Assembly (NCBI RefSeq): GCF_000400465.1
Contig: NW_008806280.1
Span: 206,001-268,000 of the forward strand
Source: Wallemia ichthyophaga EXF-994
Lineage: Eukaryota > Fungi > Basidiomycota
Length of the DNA stretch: 62,000 bases
Direction of reading: 5' to 3'
In this document: piece after piece, positions 49,405 to 62,000 of the stretch
How the letters are laid out: every line of letters starts with the position of its first letter
Numbering within the stretch: the stretch's first letter is position 1
Program-made: the position numbers and the translations under genes
The notes under the pieces: model-generated
The model's database searches: none
Seen by the model: only the letters and a program-made list of their open reading frames with translations
Told to the model about the DNA's origin: nothing

Positions 49405-50421
49405 ATGTCAACCGCGCACAGGTGATTATAAAGAAAAGCACTGAGCCGAGCAACTCTTACATTCCACCGCGCAGACCAACATGGGACCCAGCAGTCGGAC
49501 GAGCAGACACCAAAGCGTACTCGAAGCAGTACTCTGCCAGGGATGCACCAGCGCAGACGAAACTCAAGTTCCGGTGGGTGTGCGAGGTGTATATTACAGC
49601 GTAGGGCATTGTAGTTTACACCACTCTAGTAAGCCCGGTCAGGGAGGTATCGGCGACCAAGATAAGCGCAGAGACTTGCGCCTCGAATTGAACAAGGCAG
49701 AGGAGGAAGCTAATGAAAAGAAACGTAAAGCGCAAGGTTTGTCGTTGGAAGATATTGGCCAGGGTACGGATGACAGCCAGCAGAAAATACCGAAACTTAT
49801 AGACAATCCCGGTGAGGGAGACGCGCATGCTGAGCCATCGACTAGAACACACGAGTCGCAGGCAAGTGAAGACAAGCCTCAGACTTTAGATAAGGATGAA
49901 GAAGCTGATGACGACGAGAGGTGGGTTGCTCACCTTAGCGTTCTATACCGCCTAACATAGCCAAGTGATGACGACTCAGAGGATGATGAGGCTGAGTTGC
50001 TGCGGGAGCTCGACAAAATCAAGCGCGAAAGAGCTGAAGAAAAAGCCAGAAAGGTGAGAAAGTGTTGCTGTTTGTGGTCATCAACTTTCTAACAATTACA
50101 CCACCTAGGACGAGGAGCAAAACAGCGCTAAAGCTGCATCTAGAGAAGAGGAAGTGGCTAGCGGAAATCCTCTACTTAACCTACAGAACGCGTTGGGCGC
50201 TTCTCCATCTTCTACACAGGATACAGGGTTTACTGTGAAACGCAGATGGGATGACGATCTTATCTTCAAGAATCAGGCACTGAATACTTCCGACAAACCA
50301 AAGAAGGAATTCGTTAATGACTTATTGAGGACAGACTGTGAGTATCGCGTGTTTAGTATCCTAACAAAGCTAAAAATATATCCTAGTCCATCGCAAATTC
50401 ATGTACAGATTTATTAAGTGA
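49405..50421 (+). CDS. CWC15: Pre-mRNA splicing factor Cwc15
   Basis: MSTAHRPTWDPAVG, QTKLKFR, ELLRELDKIKRERAEE, VKRRWDDDLIFKNQA, FVNDLLRTDFHRKFM. Confidence 0.95.
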
Positions 50422-50639
50422 TTTACATACATTCATAATTAATCTATGTTTGTCGGACACTTGTCAAGCTTGAAGCCAACTGTGGTGGATAAATCAAGCC
50501 AGAGAAATCAAGTTCCTGTTTGGTATACGAGCCAAGTAGAAGAAAAACATGTTGAGCATAGCTTAAAGCTGACATGAATCCATCAAACGCTTGAGCTCGA
50601 CATTTTTGCACATACTCAAAAAAGTAATATAAATATCAT

Positions 50640-52073
50640 TCATTCAAAATCTTCAACTAAAGGGTGATTAGAATTGCTAGATAGTTGAGGGACTACTTAC
50701 AACCACACATAAATGCCTTGTGAATACTAGTATCATCCAGGTCAGCGTACAAACTTAGAAATGGACACAGTCTCACCTCATAACCTTGGCGATAAAGGCC
50801 TCAAGATGGAAAATCTGCTTAGAGCCTTTCCTCATTCGATGCTCCTGAGGTGGATAAGATTAAGTCGTGTTTGTTAAATTCTACTCACATAAAATGCTGC
50901 CCAATAGATAAGGTCTGCACGAATGGAATCGTCGACCATTGTAAGAATGACGTCAAGAAGTGTCTGAAGTAGTTGTTAGGAGATTATCAACTCCGGCAAA
51001 GGAAATTCACTTTGAGAATGAGAGTAGGTGGTATGCAATGTGTGATGAGCTCATAAATTTTTCCTCTTACTTTGAGCAAACCGTCTGGAGAAGGATCGCT
51101 TGTAATTTCCTTAGCGACTTGGATGGTATAAGATTGCCAATCAGGCTTGGCAATTTGAACATTTGAATCAAACGACGGAGATTGCATTCTCATTGCTTCA
51201 AGAACCAGCAAAGCTTTGCGAAGATTACCTGTTGATTCTTTGCCGATCTGTTTGGCGACATCCTCAGGCAGCTGGAACTTCTCTTTTTTAGCTACTTGGG
51301 TCAATACGGTTGACATCTGCAAATTTCATTGAGTATGCTTTGTTACTGAATAAATAACTCACCTGTGGAGGTAAGGGAGCGGGGATTCTAACCAACAAGC
51401 ATCGAGATCGAATTGGAGCTATAATCTTGCTCGTTGTTTGAGCACAGAGAATGATACGAAGGTTAGACATGTACTTCTCCATAGTTCTTCTCAAAGCAGC
51501 TTGAGCATCTCTAGAAAGCTGATCAGCTTCGTTAATGATAACGACTAGGCAATCTGTGAGCTAAAACTAGATTTTTTTAGGTAACCAGCTAACCTTTGAA
51601 TCTTTGTTTCGCATTAGCGTCAACTTGCTGTGTTTGGGCAATTTCTTTGAGGATATCCTGTATAATCAGTCTATCATACTGACCAACGTCGGAAGGTGTA
51701 ATTTCAATGTGATAGTTGCTTTGGACGATGTTCACGTCGAGCTTTCTGTTTGAAGGCGTGAGGAAGACGCGCTGATCGATTTTGAGCTTCTCAACACCTG
51801 GACCAAACAGCTCTCTTAAAGTGGCCATAATGCGTGTCTTTCTACCTGCGCCGGTGGGTCCATAGAAAAGCGTGTGGGGAAAATCGCCGGAGCCAGCCAG
51901 GGATCTGATTCTATTTGTAATATCATGATGATAGTCGAGTTCATCAAGCGACTTTGGCCTATACTGAGCAGAATGAGATAAACCAGGCTAATAAACAAGA
52001 ACTATACTTTATCTACGTATAGAGACTGTAAATATTATTAATTTTATATTTTATATTCCATTTTACTTACCAT
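50640..52073 (-). CDS. RFC5: Replication factor C subunit 5 (human RFC3 orthologue)
   Basis: SLYVDKYRPKSL, FPHTLFYGPTGAGRKTRI, VQSNYHIEITPSDVG, ALRRTMEKYMSNLRIIL, IIAPIRSRC, GNLRKALL. Confidence 0.95.
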
Positions 52074-52115
52074 TGAGGAGATGACCGTTGCTGTTTACGC
52101 GCTTACGCCCAAGAT

Positions 52116-55100
52116 ATGGCTCATGCACTGGATGAGTTTTCGTATAAGCAATTCATACCTGAGTACGAAATTGGGAATTTAAAGCTCAAAGTGAACCACA
52201 AGTCCAATAGACCGCTTATTCCGATGGTACGTGCGTTTCTCCTGTCCTCCGCTGCTTACCGGTGTGCAGATGTCTAAACTCCGGAGATCTTCTGCGAAAT
52301 CGGGAGCAATGGGAGTGGGATGGAAGCAGATATCTCTAAAGCTCGATTCCATTGGTGGTCTATTTATTCTCGCTGAGGTGAGTGTCAATAGCTCATGGTT
52401 GAGCCTTTAAACTTAAATTCAAAAGGAGGGAACTCCGATTCACTATATTGGCCTTAGTAGCCTGAAAATGACTGATATACGACCTGTCGATTATTCCGTA
52501 TTCACAGTTCCCAACTTAATCGTCATACACACTCATTCTCTCTCTCCAACGCTCCTGATTGGGCAGAATTCTTCCAATCACTCTAACTCTAGCAACTCTA
52601 CATTCGGCCTTCTCAATAACCTCAGGCCCATATCGCCCAAATCCACTCAGCGATCGAGCCCCTCTCCAAACCATCCTCCAAGCCCAAATCCAGACGATCC
52701 ACTTTTTATCGCCTTCCCCACTCGACGGCATATGATAGCTTGGTTGACTCTATTGCGATCATGCACCAAAGCTGACGTTTATCATGCCGGTAAAGACCCT
52801 CACAAAGGTTACTTTCGAATGTCAAGACAAATGTCTCTCTCAATTGTGGAGCTGCGATCCCCGCAGAAAGATGTTCAATCTAACCTTAATGATTATGTCG
52901 AGGACAGCCCGAGTGTTAATGGTAACTCATCCAAAATTAACTCTCTCAATTCGCTGTCTTCATCAAGCTCAGCTGGGCTTACTCCGCCATTACAGCGAAG
53001 AACATCTACCCAATTCACTGAACCTTACAACGATACCTACGAGTGGCACTGTGAGATTTGGGATCCCACAGGACTAGCTTTTAGATCCTCTGCCAAGGTC
53101 GCTTACCATCCATTTTGGAAAGAAGATTGTCTTCTGGTTGATCTACCGAATCTCAACTCTATAACGGTCAAGATATTCAGATCAGTTTCATCATATGCTT
53201 TATCAAAAGGACATTTCACATTGTTTGGTACAGTATTCATACCTCTAAAGGCATATCCAAGATTATCAGAGGTAGACAAATGGTTCAACGTGATTGGCAT
53301 AAACGAAAACACTCTCGAAACTTCTGTCAGGGGAGAATTGAGACTGAAATTGAGGGTTGATGAGGATGTAATCCTGCCCAAAAGCCGTTATGATGAATTG
53401 TTTAGCGTGAGTATAGGTGATTTGTGATTAGTATTATCTCACACCGTCAATTTAGATTATGCAAGGTCAACATAGAGTGAGAGTCATACATGACATCTCT
53501 TCAATATACCCATCTTTGGTGAGTGTATGTGTATATCAATCATCTAGACCAACTGAAACCTTTGCTAGGAACAACTTTCTGATACACTAATCAAAATATA
53601 CTCAATAGATTGCAATTTAATGGTATCTGTAATGAATGATCTTGCTTACAAAGAAATATGGTCATCAAGAGCTGGTAGGTCTGACTCAAAATTCTAATCC
53701 TGGCTAACAACTAGTAGATGAGAATACAATATTTCGGCCAAATACAATATTAACTAAATTAATGGATCGCTATATGAACTTCATGAGTAGACTGACTGGA
53801 TGGTTGGAGGATAGTCTGGGACACCCTATCCGCGAAATGATAGACAAGAAGGTAGAATGTGAATTAGATACAGATAGAAAAGGTGGACCAGCAGACAAAG
53901 ATGAATTGCTTCACTGGGCTGATGTAATTCTCAATAGCATCATAGAATCAAGAGTTGGATGTCCAATTGAGCTTCGAAAGATATTTCATAACATAAGGAA
54001 ACAATGTCATGCAAGATGGAACAAGGCTCAATTAGTAAACTCATTTATCTTTTTAAGACTTTTCGTACCTGCGATTATCAACCCAAATTTATTTGGTTTG
54101 ACCAATGTGTCACCATCACCTGGAGTTTCGCGTACATTAACACTGATTGCGAAAATAATTCAAGCTCTTGCTAATAATAAAGAGGAGATGGGAGATAAGG
54201 AGCACTTTATGGGAGTCGTTTCACCATTTTTACAAGATCATAATAGGAGGTTTGCATTTATTGATTACGTTGCATATGTTGGTAATGAGGATTCAGCTGC
54301 TTCTTACAAGACGAGTGAAGAAATATCAATAAACGAGTTGGCGACTTCTGTTGAGAAAACATCGGATAGGAGATTCAATGATTGCAGTCATGATATATAT
54401 AGGCAGTCTCTACCAAGTTCATACACAGGGATTGATAACTCGAGAGAGTTGGCGTCGTTCACCAACGATCTCAACAAGATATATAACAAAGTGCAGCTAA
54501 ATGAATTGCAAAATAGGGATCATTATTTTAGGAGAAAGTCATTAAATTACGCCACGCTTGAATTGTTTGAAGCAAGTATGGATATACAAGAAGATGCCAG
54601 ACAGATGTGGGAGTCTCGGCAAAGACATAGGAGAAAGGCCAATTCGGCATATGAGTCGTCGAAACCCAACAGAAGCGAATGGTTAAGTGATCAGCAAGAC
54701 TTACGCAGTAGTAGAAAAGTAAGCGTGTCCAGTTCTAGCGCTAGCTTAGAACCGCAAATGAAGCAATCATCGTCGCAGCGCCGTAGAGGATTTACAATCA
54801 CAGGATTGAGTAATGGCAGCAATAATTGGATTCATGATAGTAAACGTAAGAATATTGGCAGTGATAATAAGACAAGTAACAGCAAAAGTAGCGCGACTAA
54901 TAAGAACAATAGTACGGGTAATAATAATACAAGTAATAGTAACACAAGTAATAATAAGAGCAATGGCGCTCATGCTAAGAACAAAGTTGGTAATCGTAAT
55001 CAAAACAGGGACAAGAAGGATTACGTCAATAATGATCCATCGAGATATATGGACCTAGGTAGGGGATTTAATGACTATCAATTCATGCAATACGACAAGG

Positions 55101-55483
55101 AGAAGAGGGAGAAGAAGGGGAAAAAGGAGATGGAGGTGGAGAAGAAGGAGATGGCAAAGAAGGAAGAAAAGGCAAGCCCGCCTAATACACCGGAGTCGAT
55201 GAAGAATTTGAAAATAACACTGGAGAAGTACAGACTTACCCAGGAGGCGGTGGATGATGCACCGTTACCGAAATATCCGTTACCTGTGAGTGACAGTGTG
55301 AGTAGCAATGTGAGCAGCAACGTAAACAGTCACAGCTACGATAACAACGATCGTTCAAAGTCAAGGGCGAGTGTTCGAAACTCAGCGACAAAAGGAGAAG
55401 AGGAGCACAGCAAGGATGACATAAACATTGACAATAAAAAGAAGACAGTCTTCTTCAAATGGACCAAAGGAATAATTGATTAG
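52116..55483 (+). CDS. Ras GTPase-activating protein with PH-like and C2 domains (Bud2/Gap1-like); start inferred
   Basis: C2 end GELRLKLRVDEDVILP; RasGAP motifs IFRPNTILTKLMDRYM, SFIFLRLFVPAIINPNLF and RTLTLIAKIIQALAN; low-complexity Asn/Ser/Lys-rich tail. Confidence 0.85.
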
Positions 55484-55569
55484 GTATAGAGGATATTGAA
55501 CACTTTTTAATCAGCACAGCTTAATAATAAATTTAAGAATGAAAGTATATTTTGTATTATATTAATGTT

Positions 55570-56144
55570 CTACGCATTTAATTCTTCTCTAGTTGGAATG
55601 CCTGTGGGTGATGATAAGTGATGAGATGTGAGCAGTTTCATTAGTAAGTAGACACACCAAGTTCTTCTCTGAGTGGCTTGAGAGCATCAAGGTATTGCTC
55701 ATATTGGCCTTGATTTTCGACCTTCTCCTTTATGCCTTCCTGTATAGTAAAGAATCAGCCAATCAGGTTGTCGGAAAAGAGAAAATGAAAAAACGGACAA
55801 AGATTCTGACAGCAGTGCTAAAGTCGTTAACACGTCTAGAAGCTCTGATTGCAGATTCGCATATTTCAGGAGCAGGTACTAAATCGTAAGCGAAACAGTT
55901 GTTCAATCCTCTTTGCAATTCGAAAAGGTCTTCAACTTGATCGAAGAATGCGGTGTATCTCTTTGTGAAGTCTTCAAAGCTTTCCTCTTCATGTCCAGCG
56001 CTATATTGACGAACTAGGTGTAGAGTCAGCGCTTTGTGGTAAGTGTGCACACGAATAAACACCTTGGGTGATTGGAATTGAAGGCGTTAAGCTAACTCTC
56101 GATAAAGCTCTCGCATTTACTGCTGTTCTAAGTACACCGAACAT
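55570..56144 (-). CDS. COX6: Cytochrome c oxidase subunit Va (yeast Cox6)
   Basis: Presequence MFGVLRTAVNARALSR, DLFELQRGLNNCFAYDLVP, AIRASRRVNDFSTAVRIFEGIKEKV, LKPLREELGIPTREEL. Confidence 0.95.
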
Positions 56145-56224
56145 TTTTTTAAACAGTTGGTTGGATACAAGAGAGAGAGGTGGGCGTCTTTCGAACGATT
56201 GAGCGATTGAGTGGTTAGATTAGT

Positions 56225-56728
56225 ATGATTGAATGCGTTGTAACTAAAGCTGGTAAAATGAGTAACTACATTCAAGTCATTTTGGGTGGTTTGGAGGTGT
56301 GTTCGTTGGTGTATATTCACACTGACTCACACCCGTACAAAGAAGAAGGAAGTTGTAAAAGTAACAGCTTTGAAAGAAGGTGTAAACCTCGATACATCTA
56401 GTGCACTCGCAGCGAAAGTCATCAGCGTGGTCGAAGTCGCCAAGAGGCAGTCATCGGACGTTTATCAGTATACACGCCTAGTTGAGCATCAAGAGGTTAG
56501 GTTGAACTTGTCAGCAAGTGATATTATAAATGGGAAGAGGTTGGTTGGTTGATTTGGTGTACTTGTACCACTTCTAACCTCAATACAGCCAGACATCGAT
56601 ACCACCACCGACAATTGAAGTCATTCTAAGCAAGCAAGCGTTAGATATCGATAGTGATTATGTGTTAGTGGCTTACTTAGCGTGAAACACTTGACATTAA
56701 CACCACACACAGACTTCAAAAAGACTAA
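56225..56728 (+). CDS. Alba-fold protein, Rpp25/Pop6-like (putative RNase P/MRP subunit), 4 exons
   Basis: Spliced: MIECVVTKAGKMSNYIQVILGGLE|KKEVVKVTAL..KVISVVEVAKR..YQYTRL..|..PTIEVILSKQALD. The K-x-[IV]-S-x-[AV]-E-[IV]-x-KR and Q-x-T-x-L patterns are Alba/Rpp25-like. Confidence 0.62.
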
Positions 56729-56731
56729 GAT

Positions 56732-57882
56732 CTATAACAGCAAGTTATTTACAGCTTTCTCATCATTCAAGTTTTCATCAAAATCGTAAGGTAGAAGCGA
56801 TGCAACTGTTGTCGTGTCAGCATGTTTAGCAGATATCACTTAACACAACACTTACAAGTCAAGTACGACGTGTGACCTCTTGTATCCATGAAAGGACGAC
56901 TGAGCAGTGTGCTTCTGTCATCGATATTACTACTGGTTTCGTCTAGTTTGCGTTTGCTCGTTTGTTCGCTTTCAACACTGATATTGACGGGCTGGTTGAG
57001 AGATTCATCGCCAGCCTCACCGCCAGCCTCATTAAGTTTCAATTCAAGCTTTTTCTGGGCTGCAGCAATCTGTTGCTGCCTTCTAAACTCCTTTTTCTTT
57101 AGTATGGCTTTCAACTTATTCGTGACGTCGTTTATATTTGGAAGATGAGTGTAAGAGGTGTCGTAATTTCTAGAGAGAACTTCAAACATGGTAACGTTGG
57201 TAAAGCCATTCGAGTTGAGAGTGGTTGTAGTTTTAAGTACCTGTTCAATACACGGACTGAAGCAGCAAATTCTGCTAATTTTGTCATTACGGAGGGATTT
57301 CTTTGCATGCGGGATAGCTAGCCAAGGCATGGGTAGGTCTAGAAAGATGGAGTCTATAGAGTTGTTAAGGTGTGAAGGGAAGCCGTCTTTGCAGCTATCT
57401 CTGTGATAGACGTTGATGATATCAGATAAACCGTGTTGATTGAACTCTGATTGAGCCTTCTGGCATCTAGATTGATGATATTCGAAGGAGTGGAGCTGGC
57501 CACGGGTACCAATAGATCTAGCAACTGAATGACTGAAACTACCTGAACCAGTACCTGATTCGATGACTTTTGAACCCGGTTTAATGTTTAAAGTGAGAAG
57601 AATGAAGCTAATATCCGTGTTGTATAGGATCTGAGTTCTATGAGGGAGAGCTAGAGTCCATAACTCCGGAGAAGGCTTGAGTAAGTGAATAAAGCCTCTG
57701 TTGTTATTTGAACTAAGTTTATCACCAAAGCATCTACCAATGATATCTTTATGCTTAAAATTACCAAATTTATTTTGAAATATTTTATCCTCCTCAACTC
57801 GAATAAGTGATAATTGATCTCTAGTTAACCAAATGATAACCAAATCATTCTCTTTAATTACCGATTCCTTATTATTTATCAT
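56732..57882 (-). CDS. TRM61: tRNA (adenine-58-N1)-methyltransferase catalytic subunit
   Basis: PSPELWTLALPHRTQILY, VIESGTGSGSFSH, FLDLPMPW, CFSPCIEQV, GHTSYLT|F. Confidence 0.96.
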
Positions 57883-58290
57883 TGAATTGCTCTGGTGTTA
57901 ATGTTTTTTGTGTAAATGCGTGCAATTTGCTTATCTCCTCTTTAAGTATATCGTTGACTGGTGAGGGGTTATTAGTTTGGTGATCTAGATAAAATTTTCC
58001 GAACCAACCCAATCGATGTCTCTTTAGAGTTATTAGACCATTAAATATTTTACTAACGATTACGACTTCAAAGCTCTGTCCACAACCACCGCTAACATCT
58101 TTAACGGACTATGTGATTTGACTTAGACTGCTCATCCAATCAAATCACTCCAAATACCCACAACATGCTCAACCTCTGGTACTTTGATTTCTATTTGCTG
58201 TTTAAATTTTTCCTGATCCATTTCCAATTCCAGTGGCTATTCAAGCGAGCTGTTGCGTTCGAATATTAGAATTATAAATTACAAATTAAA

Positions 58291-59608
58291 ATGCAAAGGT
58301 CTTTAGTACTCAACTCTACCAACAACTTCAAAACAGCGTTCAAGCCCTCCCTCGCTAGCTCCATTAACCTCGTTTTTAACGCTGGAACAAGATTCGAAGA
58401 CACTCAAGGTGTGGCTAACGTTTTAAAGAACTTTGCTTTTAGGGTGAGTTGATTGGTTTATACTAAGGTACACCCTCTAATCCCCCAAAGGACACACAAA
58501 ACCGCTCCAGCCTACGTCAAGTTAGAGAAGCTGAAGCTGCTGGTGGTGTTCTCTACTCTTCCCTTACAAGAGACAATCTCACTCTCTCTGCTGACTTCAT
58601 CCCCGGCCATGAAGACCTTTTCCTCTCTCTTCTCGCTGATGTCGTTAAGTCGACCAAGTTCGCCCCTCATGAATACAAAGAGGTCGTTAAGCCTGCTATC
58701 GATTCTGAAGTAAACGCTGCTCAGCGTAATCCTCTCATTCAAGCCATCGACGCTGCTCACACTATCGCCTTCAGAAGAGGTTTGGGTAACTCTCTCTTCT
58801 CCGCATCCGAGCAACCCGTAGACCTCCAAGACGTCAAAAAGTTCGCCAGTAAAGTCTACTCTGCCGACAACGTCGCCTTTTTAACTACCGGGCAATCTGA
58901 CTTTTCATCCAACTTATCATCCTACTTCAACGACTTAACCGCAACTGGTCAAGTTAGCTCACAACCATCCAAATACTTTGGTGGTGAACAGCGCTATAGC
59001 CTCTCGCACGATGGTCACTCCCACCCATCTGCATTCATCGCCTGGGGCTCAACCTCTCCATCACCTGCTCACAACGTTTTAGCTGAATTGTTGGGTGGTC
59101 AATCTAACATCAAATGGTCGAGAGGTCTTTCACCTTTGTCTGCAATCGAAGAGGGCAATGTTAACGCTCTCAACTTTGATTACTCTGATGCTAACCTCTT
59201 TGGTTTCACTGTCGAATCATCAACCGACCTCAACGTCAAGACTGCTTCACAGAAAGCTGTTGCAGCTCTCAAGGCAGTTGCTCAAAATGGTGTCGAATCC
59301 GCTCAGTTACAACCTGCTATCGCTAAATCTAAATTCAACTACACCCTCTACGCTGACTCAGCTCAAGGATGGAAGCAACTTAACGGCGAAGGTCTCATCA
59401 ACAACAACCTCAAATCACTCGATCAAGTTCTCGGTGAATTCGATGGCGTATCTACTACATCCATTCAACAAGTCAGTCCAGCTTATAAAGTTCCTGACTG
59501 CTTTTCTAATTTTTCCTTTAGGCAGCTGCTCATCTTCTCGACAACAAGGTCACTCTTGTCACTGTCGGTGGTAGAGACGCTCCATACGCCGATGAATTGC
59601 ATCTCTAA
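58291..59608 (+). CDS. QCR2: Cytochrome bc1 complex core subunit 2 (M16 peptidase-like)
   Basis: FNAGTRFE..GVANVLKNFAFR, RSSLRQVREAEAAGG, AHTIAFRRGLGNSL, YFGGEQR, LLGGQSNIKWS, YSDANLFG, PYADEL. Confidence 0.9.
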
Positions 59609-59671
59609 AATTCATGCTATAATTCATGTAAATACACCCTATAAAAATATTTCAATTATTTTAAATACCAA

Positions 59672-62000
59672 CTACTCGTCAAAGAAGTCATCCTCGATTG
59701 TCCTTTCCAATAACTCCCAATCGATATCTTGTTTGTCAAGAACATTATTATACGTCACACTACTCAACGCCCGGTAAAATGGTGATAAATCTCCCATCTG
59801 ACTTATCTTTCTTACGTTGGTCAGTAATGGTTGTCTTTTTTCACTATTGATTTGTAGCTTGAATGATTTTTCAGACGCTCCCATTAATCCTTCTTGTCCA
59901 AACAATCCCGACAACTTATCAATAATACCGTATTGTTTACCATCGCAGCTGGCATCCACAGTATCTGTAATGAATAGTGACTGATATGCTTGGAAATCTT
60001 CATTTTGCAGTAGCAACAGGGTATCCAATAGCTTGCAAGCGCTTAAGAGTAATGGAAGTAGATCTAGATGTTCAGCAGAAGGCGATGTAGTAAATATGTC
60101 AAATAACCTTAGCAATTCTGTATTTACTATTGGCCAAAATGTTGTTAAGTCGTCGCTTTTAAATCGCACTAGCAACACTCTGAGACAGAGATAGATTTCA
60201 GATTGTGATACTGGTGTAATTGCATTGTTGCGCACTACCTCCACCAGCTTTTCTTTCACTAGTGGTAATTGCGATGTGTAACTTTCCGGATTACCTGCGA
60301 ATATTGCGTAGCTAAGTCTGCGCAAGTTGAGAGCTCTTGACAAAGATTCGTATTCCCTATTAGCAAATATATTTGTAGACGGTGCACTAGACACTTTGCT
60401 GACGAGATCTTTAAACTTATCTTTCTCAGCCGACATGAGCGCGTTGACGAGGTACTTCCATTGATGAGTTTTGGAAGCGTTGAAAAACCTGTTGTCATAG
60501 AAGACATCACTAACCAGTCCCTTCCAAGATTTTGAGCAGTGCGGTAAGCGTGTTAAACCCACCAGCACATCCACACTTGCGCTGTGTGGTTGAATCCCAT
60601 TCGTGCCTTTTGAAGTTGATTTCAGTGCAGGAGCGACCACGCAATATGAAATATTCGCAGCAATGCTTTGTAATTTTTCCGTTGAGGATATTAAATTAGG
60701 TAGGTCCACCAATAGCTCATTCGCCATGTACAGATAGATCTTTGAACTGTCACCGTCTAATTTCTCAGCAAGTGAATTGACAGACACGCTATCGCGATCA
60801 GAGTCTTCATTAGTACCGGTAACATTCGCTACATCCAACCCAGCCAACGCTTTCTTGAGCGCCCATGGACCTGTGTCTGAGCCACCGGTGCTGATGAGGA
60901 TGGAGGAATCAATAAATCGATGCAAGATATCCTGCAACAAATGTCAATAGAGTGCTCTAGTTGAAGCGCTGAGCACTTACCTGGTAATCCATCTTGACTT
61001 TCTTTTCGACGATCTCCGTCGTCTCACCATTGAAAATGCGAAGACCGACTATATGAATGCATCTATCTAGCGTTATTGTAGAGTCCATGAAAAAAAACTA
61101 AACTCACCTTAACGTTGGATAAACGCATAGTTTTCGCTGTGCACTAGTCGTAGATACTATCACATCACGCGCAAATGGCTGTAGAGCAACCCAAGATTGC
61201 AAAGCATCCTTAACACTAAGCTCACCAAGATACACCTCCAAGCTCTCAAACAACATTGACGAGCTAATTGCATCACTTTGCCACAACGAGCGTGGCTTTT
61301 CATCCCCAGCAAAACTTCTCATTCCTATGTTCTTGCATATATAATGAACGAGTATTCGAGAGGGGTCTGAAAATAGCTTGAATATTTTTAGCAAAGTCAC
61401 TTTGTTCAATGTTTCTTGATAATACTCCATAGCAAGGTCCAGCATCTCATAAGGTCTTTTTTCAAACAAATTGTGGATGTACCCTTCACATTGCGTAGTC
61501 AGATAGTCGAAAGTTCCACTTTGTTTATTTTTAAGTGTAAAGTATAAACTCGTGAGAAGCTTGAACGATACTCCCATCAACGACATTGTCTGCTCGACGA
61601 TATTAGGACTACCGTGAATCATCGAAGTGTGTAGATCATCTAGATTGATGACCAAGATGGCATTCAACGATGACAACACTGAAGACAAGTTTTTGTGGTC
61701 GCTGAAGGATACGCTCAGGTTGTTCGTGTGTAACATGTCGCTTAATTTGCTATAGATGATGTTTCCCATATCGAGTTTGTGATCACGAATCAACATTGAG
61801 TACTTATCTAAGATCATACTTGTAAAGTTGATCCAGTATTTTAAAAGTGACTGACAGCCTGCATTTGATATAGCGTTGCGGAGCAGTTTGACTACAGTTT
61901 GACCTAACTCGTTACTGCTGTGTACGTTGTTCAAATCGCAATGCTGCAGTGCACATGTAACAAGCTTGATGGCTCTTGGCTGGACATCGAGATTGACTAG
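59672..62000 (-). CDS. DOP1: Dopey/Dop1 endosome-Golgi trafficking protein, C-terminal part (5' end outside the window)
   Basis: LNLRRLSYAIF, EIYLCLRVL, FWPIVNTEL, LLSACKLLDTLLLL, FQAYQSLFITDT are typical of the Dop1 C-terminus. Confidence 0.88.

Noticed and set aside
2934-52073. Apparent grouping of cell-cycle/chromosome genes (RNR1, SUMO, dynein, UBE2S, RDH54, RTF2, RFC5) near the candidate centromere
   Set aside because: They are interspersed with unrelated housekeeping genes, and there is no evidence of a functional cluster beyond chance in a dense genome.
54813-55200. Asn/Ser-rich and Lys/Glu-rich repeats in the RasGAP tail
   Set aside because: This is ordinary low-complexity disordered coding sequence.
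57883-58290. Possible snoRNA or small spliced gene between TRM61 and QCR2 (GTGAGG donor-like, TACTAAC branch-like motifs)
   Set aside because: There is no canonical C/D box pair and no coherent spliced ORF could be built by eye. It needs Infernal or RNA-seq.
1-62000. tRNA, rRNA, snRNA genes, CRISPR arrays and LTR elements
   Set aside because: None were recognised by manual motif scanning. Small ncRNAs could be missed without tRNAscan or Infernal.

Overview
A very compact, intron-rich fungal chromosome segment. Introns are mostly about 45-60 nt and many intergenic gaps are under 100 bp. Gene sequences and a split dynein point to a basidiomycete; the compactness suggests Wallemia, which is inference only. 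About 28 housekeeping genes are packed almost end to end: CaMK, CET1, RNR1, a mitochondrial carrier, WDR26/GID7, MTR10, COA1, AGX1, a UBP12-like DUB, SEC28, LSC1, SUMO, IPI1, dynein, AP-3 beta, UBE2S, TGS1, RDH54, RTF2, CWC15, RFC5, a RasGAP, COX6, an Alba/Rpp25-like protein, TRM61, QCR2 and DOP1. The standout structure is a gene-free 6.6-kb element at 9940-16539. Two 2448-bp arms form a nearly perfect inverted repeat (5 mismatches and no indels by manual comparison) around a unique, AT-rich 1704-bp core. This matches the inverted-repeat regional centromere architecture of Komagataella phaffii, Candida tropicalis and S. pombe, so it is a candidate IR-type centromere in a basidiomycete with a potentially invertible core. 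Other highlights: a dynein heavy chain gene that begins inside AAA1 (split dynein), a secreted Kex2-processed repeat protein (KEP) yielding four acidic amphipathic peptides, five MCB (ACGCGT) sites around the RNR1 start, and head-to-head genes whose ATGs are only 6-21 bp apart. Exon boundaries were inferred by eye from GT..AG signals and reading-frame continuity.
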